Shown: positions 49,144 to 59,908, counted from the first letter of the stretch. The stretch: 64,000 nucleotides of DNA from Candidatus Bilamarchaeaceae archaeon (GCA_038870635.1 JAVZJR010000001.1:180839-244838), one strand, 5' to 3'. Notes: generated by a model from the letters alone, not told the origin. Numbers and translations: made by a program.

Positions 49144-50130
49144 ATGGCTGCACAATTACCTGGTATTTGGGAGGGTGCGTGGTTGCCTTATAGTATTGCG
49201 GCAATCTTTATCGCACTTTTAATACAAGGCCTTATATATGCCATAGCCAAAGCTTTTAATCTCACTGAGTTAGAGAGAGGTACAAAATCAGAAATAATGC
49301 AGGTATTGGCTACGTTCTTTTTAGCTGTTTTTCTGGTAATAATAGTCGGGAGTCTATCTGATTATGTTAATAGTCAAATTTATGGAACAATAATGTGTGG
49401 TGGAAAAGAGGTAACAGTAGAAAACACTGCTAGTGCCCTTTATGTTATGCAATGTAAAGTAATAGAAAAAGCAAGAGCACTGGAAAGTATTCATCTTGCT
49501 ATAAGAGAAGAGGCAAACGACGCGTATTACACATTTTACTCAAGCTTTAATGTTATGGGGGTGCCTGTTTTCTCAGGTCAATATATAAGCGGTTTATATA
49601 AAACAATAGAAAATTATAGATATAAAAACAATCTAACAACAACTCTTCTGATAGCCCTAAATGCTCTAATAACATTTATTGCTTATATCGGAGCATCAAT
49701 GCTTACTTTCTTTTTACCTTTAGGTGTTCTTCTTCGAGCTTTTTATTTTACAAGAGGAATAGGTAGTCTTTTTATATCACTAGCAATAGGATTTTACTTT
49801 ATATTTCCATACGTATTTATAATTACTGACCCAGGATTTGTTAAATTACCTCCTCCTGAAAAACCATCACCTACACTTTCTAATGAATTTTGTTATCAAA
49901 CATTTTCTTCTGTAATTTCTATTGTAAATTATAATACAAAACAAGGCGAATGGAAACAACCAGCTGGCTCTGATTACTTTACCACAAATGACCTTGCAAA
50001 AATATATGCTTCATTGATATTACATCCATTAGCATCCCTATTTTTAACCATCATATTTGTAAGATATTTAATGTATCTTTTTGGAGAGGAATCATACGAT
50101 TTGTTGCGTATGACGGCGAGGTTGGTATAA
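49144..50130 (+). CDS. Polytopic membrane protein, paralog 6
   Basis: TKSEIMQV; LRAFYFTRGIGSLFISLAIG...FP; VRYLMYLFGEE. Confidence 0.75.
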   Translation: MAAQLPGIWEGAWLPYSIAAIFIALLIQGLIYAIAKAFNLTELERGTKSEIMQVLATFFLAVFLVIIVGSLSDYVNSQIYGTIMCGGKEVTVENTASALYVMQCKVIEKARALESIHLAIREEANDAYYTFYSSFNVMGVPVFSGQYISGLYKTIENYRYKNNLTTTLLIALNALITFIAYIGASMLTFFLPLGVLLRAFYFTRGIGSLFISLAIGFYFIFPYVFIITDPGFVKLPPPEKPSPTLSNEFCYQTFSSVISIVNYNTKQGEWKQPAGSDYFTTNDLAKIYASLILHPLASLFLTIIFVRYLMYLFGEESYDLLRMTARLV

Positions 50131-53100
50131 TGAAGAGAGCGATTGTTCTTATGTTTGTTTTATTTTTCATTTTTGGCTGTACAGTAGAAAAACCATTAGA
50201 CAAACCCACAGAAAAAATAAGCTGTTGTAATAGAACAGTAGCAGAAAATGAGAATAGGTGTGAGTTAGTTAACCCCCCCGGACACTTCAGTTATCAACCG
50301 GGACCTTGTGACTTAGAAAAAAACACATGCAACATTACATTACTAAGTGTCCAAAAAGGCGGAACTTCAGGATCTTTGGGTGGAAGCGGCGGAATTGGAA
50401 CAACACCTATAGGCGGCCAAACAAAAAAAGAAACAATAGGACTTGAAAAAAATATAATAGAGGTTCCGATATGTAGTGGAGTTACTACGGACACTTGCGT
50501 ACAATCAAATTGTATGGCGATGGTTTGTGGTGATTTTCTTTACAGACCAAAACCACTACAATCAATGCCTACTGAAGAAGAAATAGAAGCAGGTGCAGCA
50601 CTGCCACTTACACAGAGCGAGGAAGAAGGTTTCTCGCTTTACAAAGCAGATTGCAAGTTTTTCAAGATGGATGAAAACCTTTCGAAATTACTTGAAAGAA
50701 GTGGTGCAGTTGTAAATAGCTTTAGATTTGGCATCGGAAGCGAACGCCCGCACTTTGAAGATTTTGAAAGATTTAGATATTACTTTCCACCGAGTGATAA
50801 ATTTTGTAGTATAAATACTAATGGAAATATAGATAGGTACTTAAATTATCTAGAGGTATGCAAAATAGTAGGCGCTGCGAACTCAATTCTTTTATGCAAC
50901 CAATATAAAAACGAGTTAAACAAAACGGATCCTCTGTCCTCTATTTCAAAATATCAATGTGTACCTTACACCGCGAGTCTAAAGGAATCAAATAAAATGA
51001 ATTTTAGAAAATTATATCCTTTCTTATACACAAATAAGGAATCAAATGATAAACTAGAACCAAACAGTTATAAATTAAAAGAGAGGGGGGAGATAGACAA
51101 GGAATACTATGCAAGAGCTTTAACGGCGGAGTATAGTGACTTAATATTTAAACAAAATAAAACTGCACCTTTTGAGTGTGAAATAGATGAATGTTTATCT
51201 GGCTTTTGTAATAAAAAAGATTATAAACGATCAGTTATATTAAAAAAAGATGGTACAAAGATACCTGTTGATTGCCATTACGGAACAATAAATGAAAGAA
51301 GGGTAGTTGTATGTGCTTCACATACTGCAGACCCCGAGTTCAGATGGGACAGCTCATTAGACGATGTTAATGTTTATCCAAATTATCAAAAAATACCAGT
51401 TTATGTTTTACAGTCACACATATTAAAAGAGAGGGGTTCATGCTTTGCGGCGGCGGGTGACGAACTTTCAAAAATAAAGAAGAAGTCTTCGACATTTTTT
51501 ACAGAGGCCATAAATGAAAATTGGGAAACACTTACATTTAAGGAACTTGGTGATGCAAGAAATGGAAAATGTAAAGAAAAAATAAACCAATATTTAAAAG
51601 AAGATACATATTATGTTTTTATGTCTAATCCAGTTCATTTATTGAAAGATATAGCAACGAGAACAAACGGAAAGGAAACTGATAATCCTTCTTATTATTG
51701 TCAAGGTGAGATCTTAGATTGCACACCACGTTATGAATTTGAAAATATTTTATATTTACCCCAAAATGAAATTTATGAAATAGAAGTAATTCCAAGTGAT
51801 TTTAATAGTGCTATGGTTTCACCTAATGAAGATGATAAATGTCCTAGTGGTTATATAAAAGGTAAGAATAATATGTGTTATGCAACTTCATTAGAAAAAG
51901 GAAAAAAATATCTACCAGCAGCAACAATTTATTTTTTTAATAACCTAGATTTAGCAAAAGGTGACAACAAAAAAATAATCGGATATGGAATTGGTAAAGC
52001 AGAAAACAGTGATTTAATAAAAAAATGTAATATGAAAGAGGGCAAAGACTATGAAAATAAAGATATAGCTATAGCTAATCCTTCAGAAATCTATATACAA
52101 AAAGAAGATAACACAGGTAGCTATCAACTTGGTTTGCAGCTAGGGATGGATACTCTCAGAGAGATAATGCCTTATTTTAATTACGATAACGACAAATATT
52201 ATTTCGACTTATACAAAATAAAAGCAACAAGCATACCGTGGGTATTGGCATATATGTCATGTAAGGATGATAAAGCTAATAATTGTGAACCGATTACACT
52301 TACCAAACCGCAACAGAGAATACTTATAAGAAATAATATATTCGCATTACCACTTACTGATAATAACAAAGTGGTACTAAATTCTGAAGATTTAGCTAGA
52401 GAGATTAGTTCTCCAACAGTCATAAATTATGTTCTAGCATCACGTTATTTTTATATTATTTATAGCTTAGGAGATTGTGAAATGGAAGAAGGAAGCGAAC
52501 TCCCGAAATTAGAAGAATATGGATGGTGCGAACCTTGTACATATGCAACAATGGCGTATAGCGGTGTTCAACCCCCACCATCTACAGAAGAAGAATCAAC
52601 AAAACTTCATTATCAAAATTTACAAATTACAAATTATCTGAAGAATGGAATATTTCCTATTTTAGATTTCAGAAAAGCAGCTGAATATGTTGATCTAAGC
52701 CAATGTACATCAGATATAAATGGGCAATTACAATGTCCATCCAATGTAAAAGAACCATGGATAAGTGAACTAAAGCTATTAGTAAAGACAGATACAAATG
52801 AAGATTTAGGACCAATTATAATCCTTGTTGGTAGCAGCAGAACAAAATACATGGTTGATCCTTGGGTGGCAAAAGAACAAACAAATAAAGTAAAAGAAAT
52901 ATGTAAAAAATGTTTGGCAGCAGTTCCGTTTTATGCTTCAGCGAGCTCTTACGCTACAGAAATATATGCAGATAATGAAGTAGTAATTACAAATTATGTT
53001 GATAGAGATGTAACCAATGAAATGGGTGAGTTATTTAAAAAAGCTAATAATATTGATGTAGCAGTAATAGAGTTTCCTATTGCAGATGTTATGATAGATT

Positions 53101-54653
53101 ATGCAAAAGACAGCGTCTGGTGGAACTCAAGAACAGCAAAAGAAAAAGCAGATATTGTTGTTGAAAGAATGTATAATTATGCATGGCAAATAAATTATGA
53201 AGCAAGAAAAGCAGGAAAACAACAGCCAGTACCAGTAGTGATATTATTTAACCTAGAAACAAATGAAGAAAAAGGCTGGCCAGTCTTCAACAGTAAAGAC
53301 GATACTACAGCACAAGAGAACAAAAGAAGATTTTATGCAGATTTTTTTGCTAATATATACTTATCAAAAGATAAATTAAGAAAAGCAGGAGTTATTGGCC
53401 TTGTTTATACCCCATTGAGCGCAAAAGGACAAACACCACCAGAATATCCTGCTAATATAGGAATAGTTAATCTTCCTACTAGTTTTGGTTCAAAATTCTG
53501 TTCTTTCCAAGAAGGAACATATGATTTTGTCAGTATTGAATTATTAAACAAAATAAATAGAATAACGCAGCCTAAAGAAAAATGTGATATGTTTGCAAAA
53601 GAACAAACCGTGCAATTCCAACAAATATGCCGCCCAGATGCAACAGGATGGGAGGGAGATATATTCAACTGCACTCTTACTTGTTATAATCAAACGGATA
53701 GTTGTTCCCTTATGTGCAAGCTGCAAAAATGCACTTCAATGCCACCAGATGCAGAACATTCAGATATATACTTATCTTGTGAACCCCCAACAACAAATGG
53801 TTTCATTAATTGTATGTTTAAAAATGGAAGAAAAATAGTAGGAGAAAAAGACTACAGTGAAACTGCCCTGTGTCAAATAAAAAGCCCATCTTTAAATCCT
53901 CAAATACAACAAAAAGAATGCAGCATAAAATGTGATAATGAAAATGGTGGTTGTAATCTAAACTGCGTAATTCAGATATTCCCAGAGTACTACTGGTGGA
54001 AAGATTTAGCTAAGTGTTTTATAGATACTTCATCTATAACAAAAAGCTGCGGACAAAAACTCAGCCCAAGCGGTGCGATTTATTGCCAACAATGTAGCTC
54101 AAATGAGTATTGCGATGAATCCTCAATGATATGTGATGACGGTACGCAATGTGTTGCCCCACCTGGAACAACCGGTCCTTATAAATGTCCGAAAGGATTA
54201 GTGAGTGAAAAATGCCAATTATGCAGTGAGAAAACAGGCACAGTCTCTTGTTTAATGAGAAGATATACCGAACCGAAGGCTATTGATCGTTTTGCTATAG
54301 GGGCCGGACTAAATTATGATAGTTATTTCAAAGAAATAAAGTATTCTTCTTTAACAGATGCAGATATGGATATAATAGCAAGATTGCCAAAAACAGATAA
54401 ATGCTGCCTCTTAGATGATGAAAATAAAAAATATACATACCTACTAACAGAAATGAACGCAATAAGTAGCACTCCAGTGATATTTGCTACTGGTCAACCA
54501 TCACCACAAGCAAGCTTATTACAAGATTGTGGTTTTATAGACTCAACGATAATTAATGCGCAAGGTGGGTTAAAGATATGTGGGATAACAATGACGCCAG
54601 ATGAACCATTAGCATGTAAAAAAACTGGCGAGTGGGTAACTTATGATAAGTGA
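50130..54653 (+). CDS. Giant Cys-rich surface lipoprotein (1507 aa)
   Basis: MKRAIVLMFVLFFIFGC lipobox-like signal; dozens of Cys clustered at both ends; coupled to paralog 6 through TAATG. Confidence 0.8.
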   Translation: MKRAIVLMFVLFFIFGCTVEKPLDKPTEKISCCNRTVAENENRCELVNPPGHFSYQPGPCDLEKNTCNITLLSVQKGGTSGSLGGSGGIGTTPIGGQTKKETIGLEKNIIEVPICSGVTTDTCVQSNCMAMVCGDFLYRPKPLQSMPTEEEIEAGAALPLTQSEEEGFSLYKADCKFFKMDENLSKLLERSGAVVNSFRFGIGSERPHFEDFERFRYYFPPSDKFCSINTNGNIDRYLNYLEVCKIVGAANSILLCNQYKNELNKTDPLSSISKYQCVPYTASLKESNKMNFRKLYPFLYTNKESNDKLEPNSYKLKERGEIDKEYYARALTAEYSDLIFKQNKTAPFECEIDECLSGFCNKKDYKRSVILKKDGTKIPVDCHYGTINERRVVVCASHTADPEFRWDSSLDDVNVYPNYQKIPVYVLQSHILKERGSCFAAAGDELSKIKKKSSTFFTEAINENWETLTFKELGDARNGKCKEKINQYLKEDTYYVFMSNPVHLLKDIATRTNGKETDNPSYYCQGEILDCTPRYEFENILYLPQNEIYEIEVIPSDFNSAMVSPNEDDKCPSGYIKGKNNMCYATSLEKGKKYLPAATIYFFNNLDLAKGDNKKIIGYGIGKAENSDLIKKCNMKEGKDYENKDIAIANPSEIYIQKEDNTGSYQLGLQLGMDTLREIMPYFNYDNDKYYFDLYKIKATSIPWVLAYMSCKDDKANNCEPITLTKPQQRILIRNNIFALPLTDNNKVVLNSEDLAREISSPTVINYVLASRYFYIIYSLGDCEMEEGSELPKLEEYGWCEPCTYATMAYSGVQPPPSTEEESTKLHYQNLQITNYLKNGIFPILDFRKAAEYVDLSQCTSDINGQLQCPSNVKEPWISELKLLVKTDTNEDLGPIIILVGSSRTKYMVDPWVAKEQTNKVKEICKKCLAAVPFYASASSYATEIYADNEVVITNYVDRDVTNEMGELFKKANNIDVAVIEFPIADVMIDYAKDSVWWNSRTAKEKADIVVERMYNYAWQINYEARKAGKQQPVPVVILFNLETNEEKGWPVFNSKDDTTAQENKRRFYADFFANIYLSKDKLRKAGVIGLVYTPLSAKGQTPPEYPANIGIVNLPTSFGSKFCSFQEGTYDFVSIELLNKINRITQPKEKCDMFAKEQTVQFQQICRPDATGWEGDIFNCTLTCYNQTDSCSLMCKLQKCTSMPPDAEHSDIYLSCEPPTTNGFINCMFKNGRKIVGEKDYSETALCQIKSPSLNPQIQQKECSIKCDNENGGCNLNCVIQIFPEYYWWKDLAKCFIDTSSITKSCGQKLSPSGAIYCQQCSSNEYCDESSMICDDGTQCVAPPGTTGPYKCPKGLVSEKCQLCSEKTGTVSCLMRRYTEPKAIDRFAIGAGLNYDSYFKEIKYSSLTDADMDIIARLPKTDKCCLLDDENKKYTYLLTEMNAISSTPVIFATGQPSPQASLLQDCGFIDSTIINAQGGLKICGITMTPDEPLACKKTGEWVTYDK

Positions 54654-54825
54654 TCTTATGAAAGTGATGAATAAGCAAAAAATTGAAAGTACAGAACCAA
54701 AAAAATTAATAGAAGAAATAAAAAGATTAAGGAAGAGGATAAGAGAGTTAGAGCAAGAAAATAAAATACTACAGGACCAAAACAACAAAACAAATTATAG
54801 ATTATATAGAGATATAGAAAGATAA
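54643..54825 (+). CDS. Small coiled-coil protein
   Basis: LIEEIKRLRKRIRELEQENKILQ heptads; overlaps the upstream stop. Confidence 0.5.
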   Translation: MISDLMKVMNKQKIESTEPKKLIEEIKRLRKRIRELEQENKILQDQNNKTNYRLYRDIER

Positions 54826-55752
54826 TTATTTAGTCAATATCTCACAACCATCTGTGGTAACAAGTACTGTATGTTCTGCTTGACTTACTAATCCATTCCC
54901 TGCATCTTTTAGGACAGGATACCCTGTGATTATCTGCGCTTCTAAAAGCTCTCGAAGTGCTGCGTTTACAAGTATTTTTGAATTAAACTTCCTCATTACC
55001 CACCTTTCAGCAAATGGTAATAAGTGGTATTCTTTTATTATATGTTCTAAGATTTTTTTTGATTGACGCATAGTAGTGCTGCCAGGGCCATAAAAGCTAA
55101 ATATCCCGACTTCTTCAGCATCTTCGACGTAACCAGCACCATTAGTTATAAACGGTTCTATAGCATAGATCTCTCCCTCTTTTATAATATAATCGTCATC
55201 TGTTTTTATATTTGGAATATCTATACCTGCATGTAGCAAGCCTGTTTTTATCATATGGCCGCTTAAATTGCTTATTGGCTTAAAACCATACTTCTTGGCG
55301 ATTCCTTCTGTGATCGCTCCGAGGTCACCAATCTTAACACCTGGTTTTATAGCTTTTATAACTTCAGAAAGTGCCTCTTCAGCCGCATCCACTAATTGCT
55401 TATTTTTCTCGCTTAGGTCGATAGTATAAGCAGTATCACCTATAGCACCATTAACAGATACACCAATGTCCACTTTTAGGATATCTGTTTCCTCAACAAC
55501 GGTTGTATCATCTATGGATGGTGTATAGTGTGCAGCAATACTGTTTTTTGAGAGATTCACAGGAAAGGCGGGTTTTGCTCCCTCTTTCTCTATCATATTC
55601 TCTATAGTTTCAGCAATATCCAACAATGGCTCGCCAACCATGATAAGTCTTTTGCTTTCTTCTCTTATTTTAGCTGCTATCTTTCCAGCTGCTCTAAAAT
55701 CTTCGATATTGTCTTTTATATTTAATATACTTTCATCTAACTCTTCTGCCAT
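54826..55752 (-). CDS. map: Methionine aminopeptidase type II
   Basis: PAFPVN..N..AAHYTP, DIG..V.G..GDTA, AIEPF and QAEHT. Confidence 0.95.
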   Translation of the reverse strand: MAEELDESILNIKDNIEDFRAAGKIAAKIREESKRLIMVGEPLLDIAETIENMIEKEGAKPAFPVNLSKNSIAAHYTPSIDDTTVVEETDILKVDIGVSVNGAIGDTAYTIDLSEKNKQLVDAAEEALSEVIKAIKPGVKIGDLGAITEGIAKKYGFKPISNLSGHMIKTGLLHAGIDIPNIKTDDDYIIKEGEIYAIEPFITNGAGYVEDAEEVGIFSFYGPGSTTMRQSKKILEHIIKEYHLLPFAERWVMRKFNSKILVNAALRELLEAQIITGYPVLKDAGNGLVSQAEHTVLVTTDGCEILTK

Positions 55753-55799
55753 ATTTTCTTTTCACAAAGAGTGTTTTTAATGCTAACGGCTATCCAAAA

Positions 55800-56852
55800 C
55801 TAAAACAAAGCAATCCAAAAAGAAGGTCGCACCAAAGCATGCTTAAATAGATTACCTAAAAACTCCATATCGCCATATTTACTTAGAAATTCTTCTATGT
55901 TATTTTTTTTCAAAATTTTTATCTTTAACTCCATCTCAGCATCAGTTTTTTTATTTAAAAAAGAACGAATAAAATTATGTAAAAATAGTTGTTTTTGATA
56001 CTTAAAACGCCATTTCAATTCGTAATCGAAGCTACTCTTTGCTGTTGCTGCTATTTCTGCACACCAACACCCAAAAAGAACACCTCCACCTGTAGTTGGC
56101 TTAACTTGTCCTGCTGCATCACCTACCAATCGCACGTCATAACGATTAATTTTTTTTGCAGTAGATTTTCTTACATCCAGTGGGATAACATATGCTTTTT
56201 TATTTAAAGCTTTAACATCAAGTTTCCTCTCTAATAGTTGGAAAGAGTTATTCACATTAAAAGGAAGACGAACGCCGCATCCAATTTCAAACAATCTTTG
56301 CCCTCTTGGCACTACCCAACCAAGAAAACCCGGAAAAGATGATGAAAAGAATACTTTAACTTTTTGCTCATCCCAATTAGCCCTAACTTCCCCCTGCATC
56401 GTTCCAACAAACTGGCTGATTTTTGGAAACTTAAAAAAATCTGCTGTACTAGAAAAAGCGCCATCTGCACCTATAATTGTGCTTGCCTCATAACTACCAA
56501 CAACTCTATCTTTGTATTTTAGTTTTGCTCCTTCGTCTTCTGCCATAGAAGCGAGAATCCTGTCAAATTTTTGTCGATTGCAAACAACTGCGATTGGCGT
56601 TTTTTTAGCTACTGTTATGCACTCATTACCAAAATAAATGTCTGCACCGTATATCTCATTTTCAACACTTTCTTGCCAGTTTACGTATTTTTTAAGTGTT
56701 TTTAAACCACTTAAAGAGAAGAGACCAGTGCAGGGCTTTCCACCAGCAGAGGAGTGCTCCTCGCTAATAAGAACTTTTTTACCTTCTCTTAAAGCAGCAA
56801 TGGCGGCAATGCATCCAGTCGGGCCTGCGCCAACAATATGTAAATCAAACAC
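55800..56852 (-). CDS. Geranylgeranyl reductase family FAD oxidoreductase
   Basis: VGAGPTG, IIGADG and LVGDAAGQVKPTTGGG. Confidence 0.88.
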   Translation of the reverse strand: MFDLHIVGAGPTGCIAAIAALREGKKVLISEEHSSAGGKPCTGLFSLSGLKTLKKYVNWQESVENEIYGADIYFGNECITVAKKTPIAVVCNRQKFDRILASMAEDEGAKLKYKDRVVGSYEASTIIGADGAFSSTADFFKFPKISQFVGTMQGEVRANWDEQKVKVFFSSSFPGFLGWVVPRGQRLFEIGCGVRLPFNVNNSFQLLERKLDVKALNKKAYVIPLDVRKSTAKKINRYDVRLVGDAAGQVKPTTGGGVLFGCWCAEIAATAKSSFDYELKWRFKYQKQLFLHNFIRSFLNKKTDAEMELKIKILKKNNIEEFLSKYGDMEFLGNLFKHALVRPSFWIALF

Positions 56853-56902
56853 AAAAATAATTCATGTAATAGCTTTTTATTTTTTGGTTTTCAAAAGAGA
56901 TT

Positions 56903-58033
56903 ATGGCAGACTTTGTTGTTAACCCGTGGGAAGTAAGCGGCGAGATCGATTACGAGCGTTTAATAAAAGAATTTGGAACACAAAAGATAACAGACAGTTT
57001 AAAAGAAAAATTGGCGAAATTGGCTGGCGAAGAGCACGTAATGGTACGACGGGAGTACTTTTTTTCCCATCGAGACCTAGATTTGATTTTAAGAGATTAT
57101 GAGCGAGGAAAGGGATTCTTTCTTTATACTGGAAGAGGACCATCTGGACCTATGCACATTGGCCATCTTATACCGTTAATTTTTACAAAATGGTTACAAG
57201 ATAAATTCAATGTCAACCTCTATATAGAGATAACGGATGACGAAAAATTTCTTTTCAAAAAACAATTAGAGTGGGAAGATGTAAAAAAATACGCAAACGA
57301 GAATATCTTAGACATTGCCGCTGTTGGTTTTGACCCAGATAAAACTTTTATCTTCAAAGATAGCGAATATATTCGTAATGTGTACCCGCTTATGTTAAAA
57401 ATTGCAAAAAAAATAACTTTTTCAACTGCAAAGGCAGTCTTTGGTTTTACCAATGAGACCAACATCGGAGCGATATTTTATCCAGCCTATCAAATAGTTC
57501 CAACCTTTTTTGAGGAAAAGCGTTGCCTTATACCGAATGCAATAGACCAGGACCCATATTGGAGAATACAACGAGATATAGCAGAAAGTTTAGGATATCT
57601 AAAAACAGCTTCAATCCATTCAAAATTTATTCCTCCTCTTCAGGGCCCAACAGGCAAAATGAGCGCAAGTGTGCCAGAGAGCGCGATTTGGCTAAGTGAT
57701 AGTGATAAAGAGGTTAAAAGGAAAATAATGAAATATGCATTTTCTGGCGGACAACCAACAGTAGAAGAACATAGGAGGAAAGGAGGCAATCCTGCGATAG
57801 ATGTATCTTTTCAGTGGTTATCTATAATGTTTGAGCCAGATGATAAAAAACTTAAAAAAATAGAGGAGGACTATAGAAACGGCTCACTATTAACAGGCGA
57901 ACTAAAACAAATTCTCATAGACAAAATAAATGATTTCTTAGAAAAACATAGAGAAAGAAAAGAAAAAGTAGATATCGAGGCCTTTGTTAGAACGGGCAAA
58001 TTAGCTGAGAAGATGTGGGAAACGACCTATTAA
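56903..58033 (+). CDS. trpS: Tryptophan--tRNA ligase (archaeal/eukaryotic type)
   Basis: YTGRGPS..MHIGH, AIDQDPY, KMSAS and KYAFSGG. Confidence 0.97.
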   Translation: MADFVVNPWEVSGEIDYERLIKEFGTQKITDSLKEKLAKLAGEEHVMVRREYFFSHRDLDLILRDYERGKGFFLYTGRGPSGPMHIGHLIPLIFTKWLQDKFNVNLYIEITDDEKFLFKKQLEWEDVKKYANENILDIAAVGFDPDKTFIFKDSEYIRNVYPLMLKIAKKITFSTAKAVFGFTNETNIGAIFYPAYQIVPTFFEEKRCLIPNAIDQDPYWRIQRDIAESLGYLKTASIHSKFIPPLQGPTGKMSASVPESAIWLSDSDKEVKRKIMKYAFSGGQPTVEEHRRKGGNPAIDVSFQWLSIMFEPDDKKLKKIEEDYRNGSLLTGELKQILIDKINDFLEKHRERKEKVDIEAFVRTGKLAEKMWETTY

Positions 58034-58596
58034 TCAGCATTTATGTCTACATTTTGTTTTTCTTCTTCTACTTTGAAATATTCAAAATCTTTCATCCCTA
58101 AAAGCTTCGCTATTATAAGGTCTGGAAATGAATGAATCCTAGTATTAAACAAATAAACTGAATTATTGTAAAATTCCCTTCTGTCAGCTATTTGATTTTC
58201 TAAAAGCACTAATTCATCATGGAGTTTAGAAAAATTTTCGCTAGCTCTTAATTTTGGATAGTTTTCTGAAACGATAAATAATAAATGTAGAAGGTTATCT
58301 AATCTTTTATTTATTTGGGCTTTTTTTGGAATTGATCGAACATTTATTAATTGCGATCTAAGAGCAGTAAGCTCGTTTAGAATTGTCTTTTCATGTTTTG
58401 CATAGCTTTGAACAACTTCGACTAGGTTTGGAATCAAATCTGCTCGTTTTTTTAACAAAACATCAACATTCGCCCAAGACTTATAAATTTGATTACGTAA
58501 CTCTATTAAAGAGTTATAAATAGAAAATATGTAAAAGAAAAATAAAAGGATTACAAACAAAAAACAAAAACAAATATCAAACATAAAATTCCTCAT
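58030..58596 (-). CDS. lemA: LemA family protein
   Basis: N-terminal TM; W.NVDV.LK.R.DLIPNLV, ENYPKL.A and RR.FYN. Confidence 0.92.
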   Translation of the reverse strand: MRNFMFDICFCFLFVILLFFFYIFSIYNSLIELRNQIYKSWANVDVLLKKRADLIPNLVEVVQSYAKHEKTILNELTALRSQLINVRSIPKKAQINKRLDNLLHLLFIVSENYPKLRASENFSKLHDELVLLENQIADRREFYNNSVYLFNTRIHSFPDLIIAKLLGMKDFEYFKVEEEKQNVDINAD

Positions 58597-59463
58597 TTAG
58601 AAGATGTTAACAACAACAAAAAATATTAAAATTATAATAACTGGAACTATTATAAACAATAGCGCCCATGCGATAACACTCAAAAATTTTTTATTTAAAT
58701 TTTCAATAATTTTTTTCTCTTCCCTATTACCAATATAAAAAATACCATCTTTGCCTTTTGTAACATATAACGGAGACGAAGCGCCTGCTTCAAAATTCTT
58801 CTCAACCGAACCGATAACATAGATGTTTTGATTTTCTTCTAAGATGTATTCCTCGACCTTAAATTTATCATCAGAAAATTTCTTCAAATGTGGCTCTCTT
58901 TCAAAAATTGAATTAAGAAACTGAATCGCACGGTCATCAAGTTTTTGTCTAGGAAGGCCAGCAAAACCAGAAGGTGTTAGATGACCTTCTGAAAAAAATA
59001 CTTGGTCGATATCAAAAGTATCTTCTTCTTTAAAAGATGGTGAAAAAGGATGAGATATCTTATTTAAATCTATAAGTAAAGTGCCTGTTTCATCTTCTAA
59101 GTAAAAAGAATTGAATGATTTATCATGATATATCTCGAACCAACCGCGCTTTCGGCCTCGACGGGAATAATGAAAAACAATTAACTCATAGCATGCGCAA
59201 TTTTTTTTTGAAATAGGACTAATAACTCTTTTTATTGGTCTTACCTTTCCATAAAATTCTGCAAGACCATAAGCAACCGAGCGAATCTTAGATGTTGGCA
59301 AATTTTTGATTTTTTGTATTAAAGAATGATAACGTAATGCTTGGTAAAGAAAAAGAAGAATAAAAACAAAACTTGCTGGAAACAAAAAAACAAAAGACAG
59401 GGCGATATATTCAATCAGACACCCTAAATTTAAATCCATAATGAATAAGACCTTCTGGGTCAT
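58597..59463 (-). CDS. GIDE-domain-like membrane protein; start uncertain (overlaps the DUF35 gene)
   Basis: TM at both ends; NLPTSKIRSVAYGLAE..G and FYLEDETG; adjacent to lemA. Confidence 0.7.
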   Translation of the reverse strand: MTQKVLFIMDLNLGCLIEYIALSFVFLFPASFVFILLFLYQALRYHSLIQKIKNLPTSKIRSVAYGLAEFYGKVRPIKRVISPISKKNCACYELIVFHYSRRGRKRGWFEIYHDKSFNSFYLEDETGTLLIDLNKISHPFSPSFKEEDTFDIDQVFFSEGHLTPSGFAGLPRQKLDDRAIQFLNSIFEREPHLKKFSDDKFKVEEYILEENQNIYVIGSVEKNFEAGASSPLYVTKGKDGIFYIGNREEKKIIENLNKKFLSVIAWALLFIIVPVIIILIFFVVVNIF

Positions 59464-59821
59464 CTCTTTGTATTATTCTAAAGCACTGTTCAACTCTAGC
59501 TCCAATCTTTAACTTATTCTCTGGCGTGTCCACTATCTGGCCCAACACCCTCGCACCTTCATCCAATTCGATTATGGCGATAGTGTAAGGAACCTGGTCT
59601 TCAAATCCTGTCGGAGGGCTATATATCGTCGTGAAGCTGTAAATCTTGCCCTTTCCTGAGTATTGAACTTTTTTTATCTTTCCTTTTCTTCTGCATTTAG
59701 GACAAACAGAACGTGATGGGAAGAAATGCTGTCCACATGTTTCGCACGTCGTTCCCATTAAACGATACCTTTCTGGGATTCTTCTCCAAGTTAGTGGAAT
59801 ACTTTCTTTCATAAAAATCAC
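59411..59821 (-). CDS. Zn-ribbon/OB-fold protein (DUF35)
   Basis: CETCG..FFP.R..CPKC, G.IYSFT, PY.IAIIELDEG and YGFKF. Confidence 0.9.
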   Translation of the reverse strand: MIFMKESIPLTWRRIPERYRLMGTTCETCGQHFFPSRSVCPKCRRKGKIKKVQYSGKGKIYSFTTIYSPPTGFEDQVPYTIAIIELDEGARVLGQIVDTPENKLKIGARVEQCFRIIQRDDPEGLIHYGFKFRVSD

Positions 59822-59908
59822 TATTACTTTGTTTGCTAATTAATTAAAATTTATTGGATAAAATAACAATACCTTTTAATTAATTAACAATAGTATAGAT
59901 ATACGCCC

